Source: a bacterium
GTDB taxonomy: Bacteria > Patescibacteriota > Minisyncoccia > Minisyncoccales > CG1-02-41-26
NCBI GenBank assembly: GCA_043802745.1
Contig: JAZDKU010000006.1
Span: forward strand, 1 to 48,531
DNA length: 48,531 nt
Direction of reading: 5' to 3'
Part shown: piece by piece, positions 1 to 8,889 of the stretch
Layout of the letters: each line of letters begins with the position of its first letter
Numbering within the stretch: the stretch's first letter is position 1
Notes under the pieces: model-generated
Told to the model about the DNA's origin: nothing
Databases searched by the model: none
Seen by the model: only the letters and a program-made list of their open reading frames with translations
Made by a program: the position numbers and the translations under genes

Positions 1-96
1 TTTGGCTTTTTCGGTAAGCATATATGCCCACCTTACCGCGTCTTCATAGAGGTGAAAAGAGCCACGAACACCGTAGAAAAGTCGTTTAATTTGCAT
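1..96 (-). CDS. hypothetical protein, N-terminal fragment (gene runs off the left edge)
   Basis: A reverse-strand ATG at 94-96 opens the frame MQIKRLFYGVRGSFHLYEDAVRWAYMLTEKAK, which is still open at base 1. No motif recognised. Confidence 0.25.
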   Translation of the reverse strand, partial: MQIKRLFYGVRGSFHLYEDAVRWAYMLTEKAK

Positions 97-209
97 TTAC
101 ATTTGGTCTCAAGGAGTCCAATATGTTTCGTGCATTATGCATAGCCTGTATGCAAGCATAAACAAAAGCCCCAATTGACTGGGCAATTGAGGCCAAATTT
201 AAATAAATT

Positions 210-1478
210 TTAGTAATTACAAGCGCACATTCTTTGTATGCTATCAAATAAAGGCTTTTCGCTACAACTATAACCAATTCCTGCTCCCTGATAATGGTAG
301 CAGGTTTTATTTGCCGAATTGTAGTAGGGCACCAACCATCCATTTTCGTAATTACTCAAACATTTTTTGCAATTTGTAAGTTTTTTTCCAATAGTGCAAC
401 TTTCATCATCTTCCCAATCTTCTGAATATTTATCTGCGCAGTCTCCTTTAGTTTTACAAAAATTCTCACAGCTAATTCCAGGACTGGCAAGATACCAACA
501 CCCCAAATTACCCCTATCGCTAAGCAACAAGCCCCTGCATCCTAAACATTTTCCAGCGAAGCATCTTTGTTGCTCCCCGCCTGTCTGGCTTGGACATTTA
601 TACAAACCATCCCCCCACTCTGTATTCACTGCTTGGCAAAATCCATTCTTGCATACTTGGCAAGCGTCACATTCTTCCGAACTAGTGCAAAAGTAATCTG
701 CGACATCAAAAGTATAATCACTCTCAAAACACATTGACTTTTCAAAGACTTCTTCGTTGAACTCACAAATTTGAATTTTATATTTCCCAGAACAAGCATC
801 CTTCGGAACCGCCAAATTTATACGCCCGACGCTCACCTCTGTTTTTTCCGCACCAAATATCTCCTGGCACTGTGGCTTTGTTTCTCCTATATTCTGAGCC
901 ACTGCTTTCACCGATACTTCCCCCTCCAATCCATTTGAGGTCCATTCCACTGGATTTACTTTATCAAACAATATCCCCCAACCCTTTACCCATTGATCTC
1001 CTGCTTGAGGCAAAATAATTTTTGCGCCAATACAAGCACCATCAAGACAACCTTTTTCACATTTAGTAATTTCTGAGCAATATTTATTACCACAACAATA
1101 ATATTCTGCTAACTCTCCGTGAGTACAAATATCTTTAAATGGCTCTTCAATTTTTTTTCCATCTCGTAAAATATCCACTTCCCCTCTTTCATAAATACTT
1201 TTTCCATTATCAGAATCAGTGCAAGTTATAACTGGTCCCTGACTATTATGTAAGCTTTGAGAAAATTGCCTAAAACTATTATATACCTCCTGCCCATTTT
1301 CAATTGAAGTAATTTTTCTATTATTTACTACAGATTTCCACCCAACCAAAATAGCTGCAACTAAAACAAGTAAAAGAAAAATCCAATTTATTTTCCCTTT
1401 TTTTATTAAGATATTTTTTATTTTCATACTAAATTTTAATAAGGCAACCTTCTTTTCAACTAGTCTTTGCTCATCCAT
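210..1478 (-). CDS. cysteine-rich secreted or membrane-anchored protein
   Basis: 422-aa ORF. An N-terminal hydrophobic helix (WIFLLLVLVAAILVGW) is followed by many Cys in CxxC, CC and CxC spacings. An alternative start (M18) lies at 1427. No enzyme motif recognised. Confidence 0.6.
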   Translation of the reverse strand: MDEQRLVEKKVALLKFSMKIKNILIKKGKINWIFLLLVLVAAILVGWKSVVNNRKITSIENGQEVYNSFRQFSQSLHNSQGPVITCTDSDNGKSIYERGEVDILRDGKKIEEPFKDICTHGELAEYYCCGNKYCSEITKCEKGCLDGACIGAKIILPQAGDQWVKGWGILFDKVNPVEWTSNGLEGEVSVKAVAQNIGETKPQCQEIFGAEKTEVSVGRINLAVPKDACSGKYKIQICEFNEEVFEKSMCFESDYTFDVADYFCTSSEECDACQVCKNGFCQAVNTEWGDGLYKCPSQTGGEQQRCFAGKCLGCRGLLLSDRGNLGCWYLASPGISCENFCKTKGDCADKYSEDWEDDESCTIGKKLTNCKKCLSNYENGWLVPYYNSANKTCYHYQGAGIGYSCSEKPLFDSIQRMCACNY

Positions 1479-1483
1479 TTCTA

Positions 1484-1657
1484 CTACTTATTATTTTGCT
1501 TCCCCCTATTTTTTATATGCTCCAAGCGATTCGCTAGGCCAAAACTTCTTGCTTTTATGCTAAGAAGTTTATCAAACCTGCCCTTACTCTCAACCTGGCC
1601 TGTCTCTCCCCTATCTTTTAGTTTTCGCGAAAAATAATTGTTGAAAAATTTTTTCAT
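1484..1657 (-). CDS. small basic hypothetical protein (57 aa)
   Basis: Hand-translated ORF below the track cutoff: MKKFFNNYFSRKLKDRGETGQVESKGRFDKLLSIKARSFGLANRLEHIKNRGKQNNK, ending in TAG at 1484-1486. It fills the otherwise empty spacer between two minus-strand genes. Confidence 0.3.
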   Translation of the reverse strand: MKKFFNNYFSRKLKDRGETGQVESKGRFDKLLSIKARSFGLANRLEHIKNRGKQNNK

Positions 1658-1661
1658 AATT

Positions 1662-2573
1662 TTATGGACTTAAAATTAAACTTTTCCTAATCGCGTCAAA
1701 TTGGGCCAATAAAGCTTGGCGGTTAAATTCCTTAACAGCTCCTTTAGGGTAATTGTCAATATTAGTTGAATGAATAAAGTATCTTAAAGCTACGCAAGGA
1801 TTAGTGCCAGGAATTGCCCAAACAGTTTCTTCATAAAAATTACCAGCCCCTGCTCCCGATGAAGTGGCCACCGAATAAGTGACATCATTGTCAACAACTT
1901 CTGCTAAGCCGTTAACCCGGTATAAAAATAACCTGGCTACGCAGTTTTGCTGGTTGGAAATTAATTCCACAGAAACGCCAGTGTCAAAGCTAGAAAGATT
2001 TGTACCCGTGGCTATTTCTGCTGGAATGGTAAATTTTATTCCGCTAATTTCTTTGCCCAAACCCAAATCTTGATATTGATAAGCCGAGTTAGCTATGTAG
2101 CCTGCGGGATAGCGGATTGAAAACCCGGAAGTTGCATTTGCATAAACTTGAGACAATCCGCCAGAATCCTTAGCCAAAGCTATACAACCCGAATATGTTT
2201 GAACATTATTTTCCATAATAAAAGAGCCGTTGCCCTTGCTCCAAAAAATAACAGCTTCACTGGCTGTGGCATAACGAATACCGCTCCCTGAAATAGTTTG
2301 GGGCAAAGCTAATTGCCTGCCATCGCTTAAAACTATTTTCACACTGCCAGTTGGCGTGGGCATCTCGCCTGGCTGCGCTTGAGGCGCTTTTTCACCTTGA
2401 TAATATTTTGCATTAATAGTTTTCCCATCACTACACAAATAATCAACTTGACTAATAGGGGTGTTGGCTGGAACTACTGGAGCAATTGCGGGTTTTGGCT
2501 GGGCTATTATATAAATCCAAGTCGCAATGCCAAGTATCAAGAGAACAACTACAGCGATATATATTTTTTTCAT
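1662..2573 (-). CDS. membrane-anchored protein with an MliC-like (C-type lysozyme inhibitor) domain
   Basis: N-terminal TM anchor. The segment DYLCSDGKTINAKYY...LSDGRQLALPQTISGSGIRYATASEAVIFWSKGNGSFI...YSGC fits the MliC pattern (Y.C.dG...SASGArY...W.KG...C). Confidence 0.65.
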   Translation of the reverse strand: MKKIYIAVVVLLILGIATWIYIIAQPKPAIAPVVPANTPISQVDYLCSDGKTINAKYYQGEKAPQAQPGEMPTPTGSVKIVLSDGRQLALPQTISGSGIRYATASEAVIFWSKGNGSFIMENNVQTYSGCIALAKDSGGLSQVYANATSGFSIRYPAGYIANSAYQYQDLGLGKEISGIKFTIPAEIATGTNLSSFDTGVSVELISNQQNCVARLFLYRVNGLAEVVDNDVTYSVATSSGAGAGNFYEETVWAIPGTNPCVALRYFIHSTNIDNYPKGAVKEFNRQALLAQFDAIRKSLILSP

Positions 2574-2590
2574 AATACTTATAAATCTTA

Positions 2591-2608
2591 TTGCTATAAT
2601 TATAGCAA
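2591..2608 (-). promoter_or_regulatory. perfect 18-bp palindrome TTGCTATAATTATAGCAA containing an extended -10 (TGCTATAAT)
   Basis: On the minus strand TGnTATAAT ends about 25 nt upstream of the ATG at 2573. No good -35 is present. The palindrome could also serve as an operator. Confidence 0.35.
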
Positions 2609-2680
2609 ATTTTTAGCTTTCTAAAATATCCCGCGCTTCCGCCAGCTTATTCTTATTAGATGTTATAAAGTAAATCATAC

Positions 2681-3061
2681 CTATTTATACTGCTCAATGA
2701 ATTTATCAATGCCCATTTCTTTTATCTTTTGACAATTTTCTAAAAACTGTGGGTTTATTTTTTCGCATTTCTCTATTTTATCACATTCCCAACAACCCAA
2801 AATATTTTTTAGCAAACAACAATTTTTAATAGCGCAAGGCGACTCACCTTGCCTGGCTCGACAAAAAATATGGCACTTCAAGCTAATTAGCTTGTCCATC
2901 TTTTCTTTTAGTCGCGGGTCTTCCTCTAAATACTTCGCTCCCCTGTTTTGAGCTGACTCTAACTCAAAAAGTAATTTTTCAGCTGCTCCTGAAACTTTCA
3001 TCCTATAACACTTGGGGCAATAAAGCCCGCAATATGCAACTAAATCAATTTTTGACTCCAT
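2681..3061 (-). CDS. DUF3795-like Cys-rich protein
   Basis: 126 aa. N-terminal CGLYCPKC plus further CxxC/CxC clusters, as in the DUF3795 family. Confidence 0.55.
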   Translation of the reverse strand: MESKIDLVAYCGLYCPKCYRMKVSGAAEKLLFELESAQNRGAKYLEEDPRLKEKMDKLISLKCHIFCRARQGESPCAIKNCCLLKNILGCWECDKIEKCEKINPQFLENCQKIKEMGIDKFIEQYK

Positions 3062-3064
3062 AAA

Positions 3065-3571
3065 TTAAAATTCTTTAAAAATTCTCTTTCCTTTTGACTT
3101 TCCCATATTTAATAAAACTTTCTTTTTTTCATCAATATAGCAAGCCACTATCTCGCCAATAAAAATAATATGGTCGCCACTATCAACTTTCTTTTTCAGT
3201 TTACACTCAAGGTTTATCGTCGCTCTTTTAATTAATGGCAACTTAACAAATTTAGCTGGCATTGTTTCTATTTTACTTATTTTAAATTTATCAATTTTAC
3301 TACCGCTTACCGAGCCAAAAAATTCTACTTGCTTCTCTAATTCTTTATTAGGAACAGCCACCACAAACTCTTTTGATTGCTCAATTAAACTATGGGTATA
3401 CCCGTGCTTGGACAAAGCAACAGCAAATAAGTATGGCGGTTTCCAGGAGCACCTCATTTTCCATCCTGCAACCATCCCGCTTGGCTTTCCTTTTTTGTCA
3501 GCGGAGATTACAAATACACAGGTTTCGGGCTTAAATTTATCAAATGCTTTTTGGGCTGAAACTTTTTTCAT
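3065..3571 (-). CDS. flavin reductase-like FMN-binding domain protein
   Basis: 168 aa with a split-barrel flavin reductase pattern (PSGMVAGW, EFVVAVP, GDHIIFIGEIVA). The ATG overlaps the upstream gene's TGA (ATGA at 3568-3571). Confidence 0.65.
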   Translation of the reverse strand: MKKVSAQKAFDKFKPETCVFVISADKKGKPSGMVAGWKMRCSWKPPYLFAVALSKHGYTHSLIEQSKEFVVAVPNKELEKQVEFFGSVSGSKIDKFKISKIETMPAKFVKLPLIKRATINLECKLKKKVDSGDHIIFIGEIVACYIDEKKKVLLNMGKSKGKRIFKEF

Positions 3572-4188
3572 ACTTTAAAAATTCTTTTGATATCTTTAAT
3601 GATTTCAGGAAAAGTGCTTTGGCCAAAGTGCCCTTTGTTTTTGAATTCCTTGAAATGGGCGCTTGGCAAGGCCTTTTTGTACTTTTTAAAAGCAGCAAAC
3701 GAAACAACATCGTCGTCTTGGCTGTGATAAAAAAATAACTCTTTTGCTTGATTTTGCAAACCGCTTGAATCTTTTTTTAATTTAAAATCGACTAAAGAAT
3801 GGTGTGGGTCTTTATCGTCATAAGGGGCAGCCACTATAAGGATGGCTAAAATCTTTTTTGGAAATTTATTTTCCGATAAATATTTAACCAAAAAAATACC
3901 TCCCAAAGAATGCCCCACCAGCACAACCTCCCCCTCCAAGAATGGAAATAATTTTTCAAACCAAATTTTCCACTCAACATACTTAGCGTTAGACGGACAT
4001 GGCATTTTCGGCAAAACCACCTCATAACCTTTCCCTAACTTTTCTCCTAGCGATTCTTTCCAACCCATGCCAATTATTTTCTTAAAATCTATTTTATAAT
4101 CAAAGAGAAAAGAAAGATAATCTTTGCGGGTGTTAAAAATATGTCCGCCATGGATAATAATAATTTGTTTTTTCATAGGCTTAATCAA
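3568..4188 (-). CDS. alpha/beta serine hydrolase, YdeN/RBBP9-like
   Basis: 206 aa. GHSLGG nucleophile elbow and downstream Asp/His candidates (SQDDDVV, NKGHF). The size and order fit the YdeN family. Confidence 0.6.
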   Translation of the reverse strand: MIKPMKKQIIIIHGGHIFNTRKDYLSFLFDYKIDFKKIIGMGWKESLGEKLGKGYEVVLPKMPCPSNAKYVEWKIWFEKLFPFLEGEVVLVGHSLGGIFLVKYLSENKFPKKILAILIVAAPYDDKDPHHSLVDFKLKKDSSGLQNQAKELFFYHSQDDDVVSFAAFKKYKKALPSAHFKEFKNKGHFGQSTFPEIIKDIKRIFKV

Positions 4189-4726
4189 AATTATGTGGCT
4201 TTTGAGTGTATTCTTGATTTATTTTATTTACTTCTTCAATTGATAAATTAGCAATAAAGGGAGGGTAAATGCCATTGGAATCCGTAACTTCTTTGCCAAA
4301 CCAGTTTGGAGGGTTAAACTTTTTGCAGATTTCTATGCTGGGAAATTCTACCTCAACCACGTTTAACCCTTTTAAATTTTCTTCGTAAATATCTACTTCA
4401 GCTGTTAGGCCATCAGCTAATAGATAGAAAAACCTTGTTTTAACAACCTTTCTTTTGCTTTCTCCTAATAACTTTGAAAATTCTTGTTTTGATATTTCCC
4501 GAGTTTCTTCTGTGCAATAACCGGTTTCTTGAGAGTTTTTAGCAAAACGTTTTATTGTATACGTGTACACTCCCCCTTTTTCTCTAATGCGGGCATCTTT
4601 TATTTGCGGGTCATTATTTTCAAGATAAGCCTGAATAATTTTAATACTCTCACACCCTCCCAAATCCTCAGGCAAAAAATTAACTAACCAACCAAGCTCC
4701 AGCTCAATTTCTTTTTTATTTTCCAT
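4181..4726 (-). CDS. CYTH domain protein (triphosphate tunnel metalloenzyme)
   Basis: EIELELGWLV start (compare EIERKFLV), ...TYTIKR..., TAEVDIYEENLKGLNVVEVEF, PPNWFGKEVT. These form the canonical CYTH motif series. Confidence 0.7.
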   Translation of the reverse strand: MENKKEIELELGWLVNFLPEDLGGCESIKIIQAYLENNDPQIKDARIREKGGVYTYTIKRFAKNSQETGYCTEETREISKQEFSKLLGESKRKVVKTRFFYLLADGLTAEVDIYEENLKGLNVVEVEFPSIEICKKFNPPNWFGKEVTDSNGIYPPFIANLSIEEVNKINQEYTQKPHNFD

Positions 4727-4735
4727 ATTTTGAAA

Positions 4736-4939
4736 TTATTTTGTAGGCAATGCGATATTTTGCACTCGGCCCACTTGACCGTCGGTTAGGCGCACCTTAA
4801 TGCCGTGGGGATGAAAATTAGAGCTAGTTAAAATATCCGCCACTATTCCGCGGGTAAGCTTTCCAGCTCTTTGGTCTTGTTTTAGCACAATTTCTACCTC
4901 CAAACCAATTTTTATGTCTCCCCTATTTTGCCCATTCAT
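4736..4939 (-). CDS. YwbE-family (DUF2196) small protein
   Basis: GLEVEIVLKQDQRAGKLTRGIVADILTSSNFHPHGIKVRLTDGQVGRVQ matches the YwbE pattern. The start is moved to the ATG at 4939 (MNGQNR), because the longer track ORF overlaps the TspO gene. Confidence 0.7.
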   Translation of the reverse strand: MNGQNRGDIKIGLEVEIVLKQDQRAGKLTRGIVADILTSSNFHPHGIKVRLTDGQVGRVQNIALPTK

Positions 4940-4950
4940 AAAATTAAATA

Positions 4951-5427
4951 TTAAACCATTAAGCGCCAGATAGAAAAATTCAAAAAACCAGCAAATGAAA
5001 CCCATAAAATATAGGGTACCAGCAACCAGGCAGCTGTTTTTGAAATTTTAGCAAAATAAAAAATTGTCATTAAAATAGCAAGCCACAAAACAATTATTTC
5101 CACAAAAGCCAACATGGGATTTTGCATGCCAAAAAACAAAACACTCCACAGAATGTTTAAAGCTAACTGCTGGAAAAAAACTAACACAGCTGTTTTTTTG
5201 CCACCAGCTGACGAATTATTTGAGGACCAAACTAAATACAATGCCACACCCATTAAAAAGAAAAGCGCTGTCCAAACAGGCCCAAATATCCAATTGGGTG
5301 GGTTAAAGCTTGGCTTAGCCAATGTGGCGTACCAAGAACCAATAGCTGGGGTGGTAAAAACTGACCCTATTATCCCCGCCCCCTCACACAAAACAATCGC
5401 CATTAAAAACTTTATTATTTTATTCAT
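4951..5427 (-). CDS. tspO: TspO/MBR tryptophan-rich sensory protein
   Basis: 158 aa with five hydrophobic helices. WYATLAKPSFNPPNWIFGPVWTALFFLMG and the Trp-rich helices are typical of TspO. Confidence 0.85.
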   Translation of the reverse strand: MNKIIKFLMAIVLCEGAGIIGSVFTTPAIGSWYATLAKPSFNPPNWIFGPVWTALFFLMGVALYLVWSSNNSSAGGKKTAVLVFFQQLALNILWSVLFFGMQNPMLAFVEIIVLWLAILMTIFYFAKISKTAAWLLVPYILWVSFAGFLNFSIWRLMV

Positions 5428-5453
5428 ATGTTTTTATTTTATTTATTTTATCA

Positions 5454-5615
5454 CTATTTTTTATTAAAAATAACAGCAAAAATATTTACCAATGGAACAA
5501 AAAATAAAAATATAAAAAGTGGCATATTATCAGTACTATAAACCGCTAAAAAATATACCACAAAACCAATTTGCGCCACACTAAGAAAAATCGCTAAATA
5601 ATTTAAAATTTTCAT
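5454..5615 (-). CDS. small hydrophobic protein (53 aa)
   Basis: Hand-translated: MKILNYLAIFLSVAQIGFVVYFLAVYSTDNMPLFIFLFFVPLVNIFAVIFNKK, ending in TAG at 5454-5456. The ATG sits 2 nt after the conserved hairpin, the same geometry as at 28434. Confidence 0.35.
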   Translation of the reverse strand: MKILNYLAIFLSVAQIGFVVYFLAVYSTDNMPLFIFLFFVPLVNIFAVIFNKK

Positions 5616-5617
5616 GT

Positions 5618-5660
5618 CTTAGAAATCGTTAATAAGCGAAGCGAATTTACGATTTTTTAG
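5618..5660 (-). repeat. conserved hairpin element, copy 1
   Basis: Plus-strand arms are cttagaaatcgt / acgattttttag and the loop is taataagcgaagcgaattt. It overlaps the last codons of the YgjP-like CDS. A second hairpin (5661-5713) containing CCGCCAGCTGGCGG follows it in plus-strand coordinates. Confidence 0.7.
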
Positions 5661-6123
5661 ATCCTGTTAAACGCTCTTCCGCCAGCTGGCGGAAAAAAGC
5701 GTTTAATCGGGATACTCCTTTCTTTAATTCTTTTCGTATTTCTAAATAATCAGGTATCTCCTGCCCCACTAAATTCCAAAATTTTTGGGAGTGGTTAAAC
5801 TCTTTTAAGTGGCATAACTCATGCACAATAATATAGTCAGCCAGCCTTTCAGATATCAAAACAATTTTATAATTAAAATTCAAATTTCCTTTTTTAGAAC
5901 AACTCCCCCACCGAGTTTTCTGATTTTTAATACTTATCTTATTATACTTTAACCCGTAAACTTTATTAAAATGCTCAATCCTATTTTGCGCCAAAGCCAA
6001 GGCCTGCTCCCTGTATTTTAGATAATCTTTTTTGCTCCCTTTTAAAGATACCCGTCGCCAAACCCGCCTTACCCTAAACACATAACTAACCCTCCCTTTT
6101 TGCAACTCAATCTCTTTTTTCAT
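5647..6123 (-). CDS. YgjP-like (DUF45 / SprT-like) zinc metallopeptidase-fold protein
   Basis: HELCHLKEFNHSQKFW (HExxH...H) preceded by TRWGSCS. At 158 aa it is shorter than typical family members. Its C-terminal ~22 codons are encoded by the repeat element. Confidence 0.65.
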   Translation of the reverse strand: MKKEIELQKGRVSYVFRVRRVWRRVSLKGSKKDYLKYREQALALAQNRIEHFNKVYGLKYNKISIKNQKTRWGSCSKKGNLNFNYKIVLISERLADYIIVHELCHLKEFNHSQKFWNLVGQEIPDYLEIRKELKKGVSRLNAFFRQLAEERLTGSKKS

Positions 6124-6463
6124 ATCTCGCTAAAAGCTGGTTCAATTTTTTAACTAGTGATTTGCGCCAATCTTCTTCCAACTGAGCTTTGGCAAGGGCA
6201 ACTAAAACTTTGTCCTCTTGTGATAATTTTAACTTCTCTAATTTTTTGCACTTATCCAAAATCTCAAAATCAACATCAGTTGCTAACACGTATTTTTTCT
6301 TTTCCATTGGGCTAACTTTTATCTGATTATTTAATTTTTTCTTTTTCTCTTCTAGTAGCTTTTGATAGTTTTTATCAACGCTTAAAGCTTCGCGGAGCTT
6401 GCTCCCGCTATATCCTAAGTTTATATAGAAATCCTCAACTTCTTGCATTGATTCTTTTTTCAT
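6107..6463 (-). CDS. hypothetical protein, Lys/Glu-rich, probably helical
   Basis: 118-aa ORF that overlaps the next gene by 17 nt. No motif recognised. Confidence 0.45.
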   Translation of the reverse strand: MKKESMQEVEDFYINLGYSGSKLREALSVDKNYQKLLEEKKKKLNNQIKVSPMEKKKYVLATDVDFEILDKCKKLEKLKLSQEDKVLVALAKAQLEEDWRKSLVKKLNQLLARYEKRD

Positions 6464-6484
6464 AGATAAAACTGCTTTTAAAAT

Positions 6485-6862
6485 CTAAACAACAACTTTG
6501 TCGCTTGGTATGCTGGGTGAGTGTATAGAAATAATTTTTGATGCCTCAAAATATTCCCCCTCAATAACATTGTTCACATCAACAAATAAAAAATCCCCCG
6601 ACTTAAGCGTATTTTCATTGCCATTTACGCTATACTTAGCCATACCCTCTAACAAAATAATAACTTCTACTTTTTCTTGATGATAATGGGCGTTACACAT
6701 ATCCCCCGCATTATGCTCGCAATAAAAAACTTCTACATTCTCTGTTTTTAATGGACTGCCCTCTTCAAAAAAAGAACCCAAAAACCACCCCCTATGATCC
6801 TTGCCAGCCTCAACCCAATTCCCAGCAAAATATTTATTATTTTTAAATTCTAAATTACCCAT
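6485..6862 (-). CDS. cupin domain protein
   Basis: 125 aa. The HYHQEKVEVIILLEG...G...FVD layout resembles the two-motif cupin barrel. Confidence 0.55.
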   Translation of the reverse strand: MGNLEFKNNKYFAGNWVEAGKDHRGWFLGSFFEEGSPLKTENVEVFYCEHNAGDMCNAHYHQEKVEVIILLEGMAKYSVNGNENTLKSGDFLFVDVNNVIEGEYFEASKIISIHSPSIPSDKVVV

Positions 6863-6873
6863 AAAAATTATCT

Positions 6874-7599
6874 TTACCTAATGCCTGTGTCACAAGACAG
6901 GTTAGCCTCAATTACTTTGCCTGGCTCTATGGTTATGTTTTTTGTTTCGCATCTTGGCATAACAGCTCCCCCAACCCCTTGGAGCGCATACTCCCCAGGC
7001 GGGAGCATTATTTTATACTTTCCCTGCTTATCGCTTTCTATAGTGGCAAAAGGCGAACTGTTTGGGCTTCCCACCACAATCACTTGAATTTTAGTGGCAT
7101 AAGGCTTGTCAGCGCATTGGGGGTCGGGCGGATTTTTCATAACTGGGCAAGTGGGCCCAAGTGTAACCACACCCTCAACCCCAGAATCAAAAGGCAAAAT
7201 ACCAGTGCAACGCCAATTTATCTCAGCGGTTTTTGTTTCTTCACTCACCACGCAAGCTGGGTTGCACCCCTCTTTAGTTGCGTTTAGATTAGCATCAAAC
7301 CACCAGGTTTTAGTGCCAGCGTTATAAATGCCAACCGCTAACGCTTCACCACCCTTAATACAGTCCTTTTCAGCAATTAAGCGAGCTTCGGCCTCAGATA
7401 GCAAGCTGTTTATTGCCGGGCAAGGAGCAAACTCACAGTTAGGGCCAGTTCGGCCAACCGCTGAGCCATCTGGACAAAGCATAGCTTCCTCTGTGCAAGC
7501 AACTTGCCCTGGCTCTGGCTGATTAGAAAACTTCAAGCCAAGCAAAACCGCCACAACTAAAATTAGAACAACCGCGCCTATAATAATTATTTTTTTCAT
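6874..7599 (-). CDS. membrane-anchored extracytoplasmic protein with a Cys-rich N-terminal part and a beta-sandwich-like C-terminus
   Basis: The start is set at the MKKIIIIGAVVL signal anchor (7599), which removes the overlap with the upstream gene. The C-terminal DKQGKYKIMLPPGEYAL resembles carboxypeptidase-regulatory-like folds. Confidence 0.5.
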   Translation of the reverse strand: MKKIIIIGAVVLILVVAVLLGLKFSNQPEPGQVACTEEAMLCPDGSAVGRTGPNCEFAPCPAINSLLSEAEARLIAEKDCIKGGEALAVGIYNAGTKTWWFDANLNATKEGCNPACVVSEETKTAEINWRCTGILPFDSGVEGVVTLGPTCPVMKNPPDPQCADKPYATKIQVIVVGSPNSSPFATIESDKQGKYKIMLPPGEYALQGVGGAVMPRCETKNITIEPGKVIEANLSCDTGIR

Positions 7600-7615
7600 A
7601 TTTTTTAAACAGATA

Positions 7616-8602
7616 TTAGTGCTTAACAACTTTCAAAGAAATTGCGCTCTCCCCTGCTGATAATTTTAATTCGCCCCCGATAGGAAAAGTAATTCTAGGG
7701 CAAGTGTGACCAAAATCAACATTAGCCACAATGGGCATGTTGCCTAACTCCTTTTTTGTCTTTATTATTTGCCTTAGTAAATCTTCAGTCATTTTACTGA
7801 CTCTTTGAAATCTGCCCATCACAATGCCTCTCACCCCCTCAAACCCAGGCTGGTGAATAAGCGACTGTAAATCTCTATCAAAAGTATGTGGCAAAGATTC
7901 GTCATCATCTTCCAAGAATAAAATTGATTCTTGTAGATTTGGAAAATATTCCGTACCCTGCAAGAGATTAAGCGTGCAAAGATTGGCTCCCAAAATTGTG
8001 CCAAAGGCCTCCCCCTTATTAATCAACCAAAAACCCTCGCCATCAATCAATGTCCTATCCTCTTGATTCATATACCAAGCATCGTCACTCCATTGTTTGG
8101 CTGGTAAAATATCAAAAGAATCTTCAGCCATTAAACATTTTTTAAAATAATCTAAAGTATAATCAAAATATAGCTTCTCGCCAAAACTTGAATAATGCGG
8201 TCCAGAATAATTAACCAAACCAGTCTTAGTAAAAATAGCGTTATTTAAAGCAGTAATATCCGAATAGCCGCAAAATATTTTTGGATTATTTTTTATTAAC
8301 TCCCAATCCAAATACCTTAATAATTGGTTGCAATTAAATCCTCCGATAACTGTAATAATGGCTTTAATGCTTTTGTCAGCAAAAGCTTCATGCAAATCTT
8401 CAACACGCGATTCAATGCTAGAGGACCTAAAGCTATCTGCTTCTTCAGCATGCTTGCTAAAGCTAAGCTCCAAGCCCAAGTCAGCAAATCTTTGATTGGC
8501 TATTTCTCTAGATTCTTTTGAAATAATGGCCAATGTTCTTGAGGGTGCAACCACTCGCACGCCATCCCCCTTATTTAATTTTTCCGCAAAAATCTTTTTC
8601 AT
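7616..8602 (-). CDS. LD-carboxypeptidase (peptidase S66, LdcA/MccF-like)
   Basis: 328 aa. GDGVRVVAPS, ITVIGGFN and GYSDITAL (nucleophile Ser), plus a C-terminal FGH. This is the S66 family layout. Confidence 0.8.
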   Translation of the reverse strand: MKKIFAEKLNKGDGVRVVAPSRTLAIISKESREIANQRFADLGLELSFSKHAEEADSFRSSSIESRVEDLHEAFADKSIKAIITVIGGFNCNQLLRYLDWELIKNNPKIFCGYSDITALNNAIFTKTGLVNYSGPHYSSFGEKLYFDYTLDYFKKCLMAEDSFDILPAKQWSDDAWYMNQEDRTLIDGEGFWLINKGEAFGTILGANLCTLNLLQGTEYFPNLQESILFLEDDDESLPHTFDRDLQSLIHQPGFEGVRGIVMGRFQRVSKMTEDLLRQIIKTKKELGNMPIVANVDFGHTCPRITFPIGGELKLSAGESAISLKVVKH

Positions 8603-8614
8603 AAATTTATTCTA

Positions 8615-8881
8615 CTAATCAGCAAGCTGAATTACAAGCAATCCATTTTTTTCAATTTCCTCCTTTTGCCCGAAGTCATCAAGTTTAAATTTCAAAATAT
8701 AATCAACCTTTTTCTCAATCTTTCTGCCGGTGTATTCTTTTGTTTGGGGATCCCACTCCTCTAAAATTAAAGTATCCCCCGCTTCAACATCAAAATCAGC
8801 CACTCTTAAATCAAACCTTTTTTTGCCAGTCAATACCAGCTCAAAATACTCGGGCCAAGTTTTCTTTTTAATTATTTTCAT
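8615..8881 (-). CDS. ASCH-like DUF3850 domain protein
   Basis: WPEYFELVLTGKKRFDLRVADFDVEAGDTLILEEWD fits the DUF3850/ASCH pattern. The start is set at MKIIKKK (8881), just after the upstream stop. Confidence 0.55.
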   Translation of the reverse strand: MKIIKKKTWPEYFELVLTGKKRFDLRVADFDVEAGDTLILEEWDPQTKEYTGRKIEKKVDYILKFKLDDFGQKEEIEKNGLLVIQLAD

Positions 8882-8889
8882 ATTTTTAT

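Noticed and set aside
86-696. Track ORFs 86..343 and 367..696
   Set aside because: They overlap, or lie antisense to, the 422-aa Cys-rich CDS, and their composition is low-complexity.
5618-5660. The conserved hairpin acting as a sigma70 promoter for leaderless mRNAs
   Set aside because: With the ATG as +1, the -12..-7 window reads GATTTC or similar and there is no -35 match. At the tRNA-Ile copy a separate, better promoter lies upstream, so the hairpin is transcribed.
5647-6463. Possible frameshifted single gene (6107..6463 plus 5647..6123)
   Set aside because: The downstream ORF alone has a plausible YgjP-like N-terminus (ELQKGRVSYVFRV…). The upstream ORF has no DUF45-like sequence, so the 17-nt overlap looks like ordinary gene packing.
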